Assembly: GCA_041483195.1 (NCBI GenBank)
Contig: JBGPFC010000012.1
Coordinates: forward strand, 33,364 to 97,363
Length of the DNA stretch: 64,000 bases
Reading direction: 5' to 3'
DNA from: Candidatus Eiseniibacteriota bacterium
GTDB taxonomy: Bacteria > Eisenbacteria > RBG-16-71-46
Part shown: piece by piece, positions 57,726 to 64,000 of the stretch
Numbering within the stretch: the stretch's first letter is position 1
Layout of the letters: the number at the start of each line of letters is the position of its first letter
Translations under genes and position numbers: made by a program
The notes under the pieces: model-generated
The model's input: only the letters and a program-made list of their open reading frames with translations
What the model was told of the DNA's origin: nothing
Database searches by the model: none

Positions 57726-58397
57726 CTACTCGCCTTCGAGGTGCTTGAGCGCGGTCACCACGACGTTGTCGTAGTACACGGTGCACTGGCCGGCGCCGCC
57801 GGTGTATGCGGCGAGCGCGATGCGGCCGTTCGGGCGCAGGTTGCGGTTGTCGGTCTTGTCGAGCCGCAGCACGCCATCCACCCAGATGCGATAGCGGGAC
57901 CCGCGCGCCTCGATCCGCAGGTGGTGCCAGACTCCGTTGGCGTTTTCGACGTTCGCCCGTCCCATCGGCCACTCGCGGCGATTGAGGATCACGTCCTGAT
58001 ATCCCGGCCCGCGCAGATCCACCCCGATCCCGGTCTCGTCCTCGGCCCGCACGACGACGCCCTTGTCCACGCCGCGCATGCCGAGCACGTCGAGGTCCAC
58101 CGCGTAGTTGGTCCATGCCACCGAGCCGGCGTAAATGAAAGACCGCAGCTGGCGGCCGTCCGGCAGATCGGCGCGGAGCGCGCCCTGGCTCAGCGACCAC
58201 GCCCCGGGCTCGTCCGGGGACCAGTGCTTGAGCCCGTCGCTGAAGTCGTCGGAGAAGAGAACGCCGGTGCGGGGCACGGCAAACTTGGGCGCGGGAGGGA
58301 GGCGTGCTTCGCGCGTGGAGTCCACCACCGGTGCGGTCGCGATCAAGACCGCGGCCCCGAGCAACACGGGGCTCGCGCCGCGCAATATCCAATTCAC
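57726..58397 (-). CDS. Exported concanavalin-A-like / DUF1080-like domain protein
   Basis: LFSDDFSDG, WTNYAVDLD, WHHLRIEARGSRYRIWVDG, GRIAL, YYDNVVV; start uncertain. Confidence 0.7.
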   Translation of the reverse strand: MNWILRGASPVLLGAAVLIATAPVVDSTREARLPPAPKFAVPRTGVLFSDDFSDGLKHWSPDEPGAWSLSQGALRADLPDGRQLRSFIYAGSVAWTNYAVDLDVLGMRGVDKGVVVRAEDETGIGVDLRGPGYQDVILNRREWPMGRANVENANGVWHHLRIEARGSRYRIWVDGVLRLDKTDNRNLRPNGRIALAAYTGGAGQCTVYYDNVVVTALKHLEGE

Positions 58398-58705
58398 GTC
58401 CGCAATCCTCCCGACATTCGGGCGCTCTGTCCAGTCCGCCATTCGGGCCATCCCGCACGCGGGGGCACGTTCTGACGTTATCGGCCTCCCGCGCGCGGCG
58501 CTTCATGCCTCGTCCGCGGGCCAATGGCGCCCTCCGGGCCACGGGGGTCCGCCGGATGGGCCACGACCGGCGCCCGGGGGACCGGTAGCCTCATCCTGCT
58601 CATACATCCGGCTGATGCGACGCGGTCCCCGCGCGACGCAGGGCCGCGCGCGCGCCTGCGCCCATCGTGGTTCTCCTCACCTCCGGTCCCCCCGGACAGG
58701 GATTC

Positions 58706-58830
58706 ATGCCAGGCCGCACGATCGGTCGCTATCACATCGTCGCCCGTCTCGGCGAGGGCGGGATGGGCGCCGTTTGGAAGGTGGAGGACACGCTCCTCCG
58801 GCGCTTCGTCGCGCTCAAGATGCTCCCGCC
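58706..58830 (+). pseudogene. N-terminal fragment of a Hanks-type Ser/Thr protein kinase
   Basis: MPGRTIGRYHIVARLGEGGMGAVWKVEDTLLRRFVALKMLP (subdomains I-II); similarity ends there and the ORF runs into the convergent gene. Confidence 0.75.
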
Positions 58831-58943
58831 GCGGCGGCTCGAGGTGCTGGCCCCGGAGCAGCACGGCATCGCGGTGCGCAGCCCGGTGCCGCTCGAATCC
58901 GCGCGCGGCGGCCGGGCCTCGCCGCACTGGCGCGGGCCCCCAC

Positions 58944-60533
58944 TCAGAACCGGAAGCTCAACCGCACGTCTTCCTGCAGCGAGGTGTCGAGGTCGCCGAT
59001 GGTGCGTTCCATCGACCCGGTGAGGAACAGCCGCCGGCCGAGCGTGAGATCGAGGTCGAGGTCCTGCCAGCGCGCGTCGTCGGTCGCTCCGGTGGGGACG
59101 TTGGTCGTGGCGCGCATCCCGCCCCCCGCCTCGAGGTGCGCGAAGCTCGCAACGTCGAACCCGAGGCTCGCGGTGGCGAGCCGGGTATCCGCGACGTCGC
59201 CCCGCGACTGCGAGTAGCGCCCGCGCAGCCGCCCCTGGAGCGGCAGCACGCGCCACAGCTCGCCGCTCGCCGACCACGCATCGGTGCGCGCGCCGCCGCC
59301 CGACGAGGTTCGGATCTCGGCGCCAACGCGAACCGCGCGCGTCGGATCCACGCTGAAGCCGCCCCACGCGCCCTGCCGGTAGCGGTCGTCGAACTCGGTC
59401 TCGGGCGTGACACGGTCGCGGTAGAGACGCACGTTGCGGCGGTTGTCGTATCCGGCCTGAAGCGAGATCCAGGACCTCGCGTCGACGCGCGCGGTCACGA
59501 ACGAGCTGGTCGCCGAGAACAGCGGCTCGCCGGTCGCGCGCTTCCATCCGGTGTTGACGTCCAGCTCCTGGGCCGCCGACGCCGAGAGCGCACGGTCGCG
59601 ATAGAACCCCTGCGCGAAAGCGAACTGACGATTGACCTGGCCGTGCGAGGTCGAGAGCACCCCGCCGCTCGCGACCGTCCAGCGCCGCGCGGACTGCGCT
59701 GCCTGGCGCAGCTGGAGGAAGCCGCCGGACTCGATCACGTCGTGGCCGGGCGCGAGGCTCACCGGATCCGGCTCGGTGCCGCCGAACACGCCGAGGCTCA
59801 GTCGCCGGCCCGTCGCCTCGATCAGCGCTCCGTCGAACAGGCTCACGGACGAGAGCAATGGCGAACTCTGGCGTCCGAGCGTGAGCCGGCGGCGCCCGTC
59901 CGCGTCGTGCGTTGAAAACGCCAGGCGATAGGCGCGCGCGTTGCCGTCGGTCTGGGTGCCGGCGCCCGTGACCGCGCGCGAGGTGCGGCGCGCGCGCACG
60001 TCCGCGGCGAGATCGGTGCGCGAGCCGCCCACGTCCCTGCCCTCGAGCCACAGGTCGAACGCCGGCTGCGCGAGCCGGATGGCGTCGCTCTGCACGCCCA
60101 GCCAGTGAACGGCCACGCGGCCGCGCAGCGAGGCCGGGGCGCGCGGCCTCATGGGACCGGAGGCGAGCGCGGCGCCGGTGTCCGCCGCAGCGTCCGGTGC
60201 GGCCGCGATCGCGACCGCGTGCGGGACGAAGCGCACCAGGTCGCCGACCCGCGGCATCGACGACACCGTGAGCGTGTCGCACGCGGCGCGGTGCGTTGAG
60301 ATGAAGCTCACGCGCAGCCGCGCGATGGCTGCGCCACCGCGCACCACGTCGAGGCTGTCACCCGCCGCGAGCCCCTCGGCGCGGCCGGCCTCGACGTACA
60401 CCGATGGCCCCGCCAGGTATGTGACCCGCGCGGTGGAGAGCGCCGTCGCGCCGGCCGAAGCCGCGGCGCCCGCCATTACCGGCGAGGCGGCGGATGCCGC
60501 GACGATCGCGAGCAGCAGCGCGGCGAGCCTCAT
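58944..60533 (-). CDS. Large outer membrane beta-barrel protein, putative porin of a porin-cytochrome complex
   Basis: Signal peptide; N-terminal VYVEAGRAEGLAAGD domain; LTLGRQ, FDGA; many amphipathic strands; terminal Phe (VRLSFRF); ATGA overlap with the cytochrome. Confidence 0.75.
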   Translation of the reverse strand: MRLAALLLAIVAASAASPVMAGAAASAGATALSTARVTYLAGPSVYVEAGRAEGLAAGDSLDVVRGGAAIARLRVSFISTHRAACDTLTVSSMPRVGDLVRFVPHAVAIAAAPDAAADTGAALASGPMRPRAPASLRGRVAVHWLGVQSDAIRLAQPAFDLWLEGRDVGGSRTDLAADVRARRTSRAVTGAGTQTDGNARAYRLAFSTHDADGRRRLTLGRQSSPLLSSVSLFDGALIEATGRRLSLGVFGGTEPDPVSLAPGHDVIESGGFLQLRQAAQSARRWTVASGGVLSTSHGQVNRQFAFAQGFYRDRALSASAAQELDVNTGWKRATGEPLFSATSSFVTARVDARSWISLQAGYDNRRNVRLYRDRVTPETEFDDRYRQGAWGGFSVDPTRAVRVGAEIRTSSGGGARTDAWSASGELWRVLPLQGRLRGRYSQSRGDVADTRLATASLGFDVASFAHLEAGGGMRATTNVPTGATDDARWQDLDLDLTLGRRLFLTGSMERTIGDLDTSLQEDVRLSFRF

Positions 60534-62059
60534 CCGGCTCTCCCGCGCGGATGGCAGGAGTAGCAGGCCGGGCTCGAGTAGCTGTAGCCCGACACTCCGC
60601 TGTGGTGCCCGTCGGTGCCGGTCTTGTCGTCGTGCGGGTGGCATGTGAAGCACGTGAACACGGCGTAGCTGTTGGAACTGGTGTGGCACGTCGTGCACGC
60701 CGACCATGTTCCGTTATGCCTTCCCGAATAGATCGGGAAGTACGGGCCGTCGTGATCGAACGTGGCGCCGAGCCAGGTGGCGGTGCCGTGACAGCTCTCG
60801 CAGGTCGTCGGGAAGGTGGCCGCCGCGTGGCCGGGATTCGTGGTCCCGTTGTAGTCGGTCTGGTGACACGACACGCACGCCGTGTTCTTGCCGTGATAGA
60901 CGCCGTCGGCGTGACAACTCTGGCAGGCGAGCGCGACGTGCGCTCCGGTCAGCGGGAAGCTCGTGGCCGAGTGATTGAACAGCGCGCCGCCCCAGCTCGA
61001 CGTGGTGTGGCAGGTCGTGCAGGTGGTCGAGAATCCGGCCGGGCCGTGGGGTGGATCGTTGGTCTGATTGAAATCGGTCTGGTGGCACGAGATGCAGGCC
61101 GTGCTCTTCCCGTGGTACACGCCGTCCCCGTGGCAGCTCTGGCACGCGAGCGTGCGGTGCGCGCCGGTGAGCGGGAAGCTCGTGGCCGAATGATCGAACG
61201 ACGAGCTCTGCCAGTTCGTCGTGTTGTGGCAGTTCGCGCACGTCGTCGGGAACGCGGCCGCCGCATGGGGCGGATCGGTGGTGCCGTTGTAGTCGCCCTG
61301 GTGGCACGACACGCACGCCGTGTTCTTGCCGTGATAGACGTTGTCGCCGTGGCAGCTCTGGCACGCCGTGGTGCGGTGCGCGCCGGTGAGCGGGAACTGG
61401 GTGCGCGAGTGGTCGAAGCGCGCGCGGTTCCAGCCGATCGTGGAATGGCAGGTCTCGCACGCGAGCGGGTACTGGCCCGCCTCGTGATCGGGCGCGGTGG
61501 TGGCGCGATACTGCTCCATGTGGCAGCCGCTGCAATCCGCGCGGGTGCCCACGAACTGCAGGTGGCCCTGGGCCGCCCCCGGGTGGCAGCTCTCGCAATC
61601 GAGCGCGGCATGCGCGCCGCTCAACGGGAAGCGCGTGAGCTGGTGCGCACGCGCCATCGGCGCGCGGTCGATGAAGCTGCGCGCGTTGTGGCAGCGCGCG
61701 CAGTCGGTGCCCATCTCGCCGCGATGCACGTCCTCGTGACACGAGGCGCACTGCGTGCGGCCCTGCTTGAACTCGAGCGAGGTGTGGCAACCGAGGCACG
61801 AAGCAGAGGCGTGCGCGCCGTCGAGCTTGAAGCCGTACTTCGAATGGTCGAACTTCGCGGAGATCTTCGCCGGCTTCCAGGCCGCAGCGCCGTGGCACAG
61901 GGAGCAGTCATCCTTGAATGCCCCATGTGGATTGACGGTGGGCTCGCGCAGCGCGGCGCGCGACACCACGCCCAGCGCGGCGAGCGCCGGGATCGCGAGC
62001 AGCGCGAACAGGATTCGCATCGAGTGCGGCGCGGGCGGACGAGCCGGGAAGAGTCGCAT
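60530..62059 (-). CDS. Multiheme cytochrome c, 19 CxxCH motifs
   Basis: 19 CxxCH counted by hand; hydrophobic N-terminal signal; GAGGT RBS; alternative start 62020. Confidence 0.92.
   Translation of the reverse strand: MRLFPARPPAPHSMRILFALLAIPALAALGVVSRAALREPTVNPHGAFKDDCSLCHGAAAWKPAKISAKFDHSKYGFKLDGAHASASCLGCHTSLEFKQGRTQCASCHEDVHRGEMGTDCARCHNARSFIDRAPMARAHQLTRFPLSGAHAALDCESCHPGAAQGHLQFVGTRADCSGCHMEQYRATTAPDHEAGQYPLACETCHSTIGWNRARFDHSRTQFPLTGAHRTTACQSCHGDNVYHGKNTACVSCHQGDYNGTTDPPHAAAAFPTTCANCHNTTNWQSSSFDHSATSFPLTGAHRTLACQSCHGDGVYHGKSTACISCHQTDFNQTNDPPHGPAGFSTTCTTCHTTSSWGGALFNHSATSFPLTGAHVALACQSCHADGVYHGKNTACVSCHQTDYNGTTNPGHAAATFPTTCESCHGTATWLGATFDHDGPYFPIYSGRHNGTWSACTTCHTSSNSYAVFTCFTCHPHDDKTGTDGHHSGVSGYSYSSPACYSCHPRGRAG
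60760..61430 (-). repeat. Three ~222-bp tandem tri-heme coding modules
   Basis: F(D/N)HS...FPLTGAH...CQSCH..VYHGK.TAC.SCHQ.D.N.T..P.H...F.TTC..CH repeated three times (74 aa). Confidence 0.8.
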
Positions 62060-62067
62060 GATGGACC

Positions 62068-63885
62068 TCACGTGAGCCGGTGCGCGGCCAGCAGCGCCGG
62101 GAGTTGCGGTGGGAGCGTGTCGCGGAACGACTTGAGCGTGCCGGACGGCCGCGTGATGTGACAGCTCTCGCACTTCGCGGAGAGCGGGCGATAGCTCGTG
62201 CGCGCGCGACCGTTCGGGTCGCGGGTCGTGGCGTGGCAGCGGCCGCAGGCGGCACGGGCGTGCGCGCCTTCGAGGCGGAACGCGCTGTCGCGGTTGTGAT
62301 CGAAGCGCGCGGCGGGAGCGAACGCGTCCTGCGAATGGCAGCCGGCGCACGCGCCGTGATCGCGGCGGGCCGCGAACTGATCGCCGTGCGGGTTCTCGTG
62401 ACAGGTCTCGCAGCGCGCCTTCGGGATCGTGAGCGCGAGCGGCTTCACCGGCGCGGCGCCCGGCTTGAGCACGGGGTGACACGCGAAGCAGGGCGTGGCG
62501 CGATGCGCGCCCTCGAGCGGGAAGTCGTACTTCTGGTGAGCCGCGACATCGACAGCGCTCGGACGCCAGCCGGCCACCGCGTGACAGCTCTCGCACGCGC
62601 CGCGATCGGCCCGGCGCGTGAACTCGCCGCCGTGCGCGTCGGCGTGGCAGCTCGCGCAGCGCTCGTGACGCGGACGCAGCTGCACCCGCGCGGTGCCGAA
62701 GGCGGCGGCCGCGGCGCCGGGCGCGGCCTTCGGGTGGCACGATGCGCACGCCACCTGCTCGTGCTTCCCGCCGAGCGGATAGGCCGCGGCGCGATGCTGC
62801 TCGACGGTGTAGGTGGACGGCGTCCATCCCGCGACCGCGTGACACGCCGCGCAGTCGGCAGGCTTGCCCGCCAGCGTCGCGAGCCCGCCGTGAGCGTCGG
62901 CGTGGCAGTTCGTGCACGCCGCGAACTTGGGATCCTTGCCCCACGCCTTCACCGGATCGTGGCAGGTCGCGCACGCGAGCGCCGCATGTTTCCCCCGCAG
63001 CGGATAGCGCGTGCGCTCGTGGTCGAAGGTCTGCTCGTTCACCCGCTGCCAGCTCTCGGTGGTGTGGCACTTCGCGCAGGCCGCGCCGAAGCGCGTGGCG
63101 TGCGGATCGCGATGGCAGCTGCTGCACTCGCCGTGAGGCACCGGCTTGAAGAGCGCGAGCGGCTGGCCGGCCGCATCGTGCGCGAGCGGGAGCGTGGCTG
63201 CGAGATGGCACTTCTCGCACGCCACCGCCGCGTGCTTGCCGGTGAGCGGGTAGTCGCTCTTCGCGTGATCGAAGCCCGGCGCCGGCTTCCACCCCCTGGT
63301 GTCGTGGCAGCGCATGCAATTCGTGTCGAGCGCGCCGCGGTGCACGTCCTCGTGGCAGGACTTGCACGCGCTCTCGAGCCCGATCCAGCTGTTGGCGGGA
63401 CGCGCGCGCTTCATGAGCGCGGCGGCGGGTCCGTGCTGGAATGCCGGCTTGTGGCACGCGCGGCACTCGGTCGTCGCGTGCTTGCCTTCGAGCGCCCAGC
63501 CCGCGCGGCGGTGATCGAATCGCTCGGCGGCGCCTTCATCCCAGTGAACCAGGTCGAAGTCGAGGCCGGCGTGCTCGGGATGGCAGGAGGCGCACTCCTG
63601 CTTCGCGACGCGCGGGTGAAGCCCGCGGTCGTCCTGGATCAGACGCGCCATCTCGGTGTGACAGGCCAGGCACTTGTCACGCATCGGGACCCCCTTCGCG
63701 TGACACTCGAGACAGTGCAGCGAGCCCTCGAGCTTCGTGTGCGCGCGCGACAGCGCTCCCGGCGAAACCTGCGCAGCGGCCGGCCGCGCGCCCGTCGCGC
63801 ATGCCGCCGCCACGATGGCCGCGGCCGCGAGAACGCGCGTGAACGTGCGAGCCCATGGCCTAGGAGCCTGTCCGAGGATTCGCAA
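62068..63885 (-). CDS. Multiheme cytochrome c, 20 CxxCH motifs
   Basis: 20 CxxCH counted by hand; signal ending AAA-QVSPG; FDH...(Y/F)PLxGxH repeats; TTG start uncertain. Confidence 0.92.
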   Translation of the reverse strand: MRILGQAPRPWARTFTRVLAAAAIVAAACATGARPAAAQVSPGALSRAHTKLEGSLHCLECHAKGVPMRDKCLACHTEMARLIQDDRGLHPRVAKQECASCHPEHAGLDFDLVHWDEGAAERFDHRRAGWALEGKHATTECRACHKPAFQHGPAAALMKRARPANSWIGLESACKSCHEDVHRGALDTNCMRCHDTRGWKPAPGFDHAKSDYPLTGKHAAVACEKCHLAATLPLAHDAAGQPLALFKPVPHGECSSCHRDPHATRFGAACAKCHTTESWQRVNEQTFDHERTRYPLRGKHAALACATCHDPVKAWGKDPKFAACTNCHADAHGGLATLAGKPADCAACHAVAGWTPSTYTVEQHRAAAYPLGGKHEQVACASCHPKAAPGAAAAAFGTARVQLRPRHERCASCHADAHGGEFTRRADRGACESCHAVAGWRPSAVDVAAHQKYDFPLEGAHRATPCFACHPVLKPGAAPVKPLALTIPKARCETCHENPHGDQFAARRDHGACAGCHSQDAFAPAARFDHNRDSAFRLEGAHARAACGRCHATTRDPNGRARTSYRPLSAKCESCHITRPSGTLKSFRDTLPPQLPALLAAHRLT

Positions 63886-64000
63886 CGTCGGCGCGCATGA
63901 TCCGAGATCCTGGGTGGTGCGCGTCGATCGTCGTTTCGGCCGGCCTGCGAAGGGATCCGCGACGCCCTCGGCGGCGGTCGACCTCGCCCCGGGCCACGGG

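Noticed and set aside
60530..63466. Single 978-aa or frameshift-fused giant cytochrome
   Set aside because: The upstream part has no CxxCH in that frame; the second gene has its own RBS and signal peptide.
123..63900. Many long alternative-frame/antisense ORFs (e.g. 123..2078, 8548..10674, 40630..43131, 53067..56393, 62080..63900)
   Set aside because: Arg/Ala/Pro-rich shadows of real genes, expected in high-GC DNA; no motifs.

Overview
High-GC, gene-dense bacterial chromosomal segment. I saw no rRNA, tRNA, CRISPR array, transposase, integrase or phage genes. Six exported proteins end in a FlgD-Ig/T9SS-CTD-like domain and one ends in 'STWGRIKVLYR', which suggests an FCB-related candidate lineage such as Ca. 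Eisenbacteria (inference). Housekeeping and envelope genes include an ArfB-like factor, two efflux systems, an M16 peptidase pair, thiL, ogt, an M20 amidohydrolase, OmpA, WecA/GT2, TldD/TldE, an L,D-transpeptidase, a P1B ATPase and a Met gamma-lyase. Accessory content: (i) a tightly coupled 20-heme + 19-heme cytochrome c + outer-membrane beta-barrel operon, a candidate extracellular electron transfer conduit; (ii) two paralogous secreted beta-propeller/di-heme cytochrome c proteins; (iii) a secreted beta-helix protein + TonB-dependent receptor behind Pho-box-like repeats; (iv) a BsuBI/PstI-type restriction-modification pair; (v) gene remnants, operator palindromes and apparent leaderless promoters. 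All calls come from motif reading; no database searches were run.
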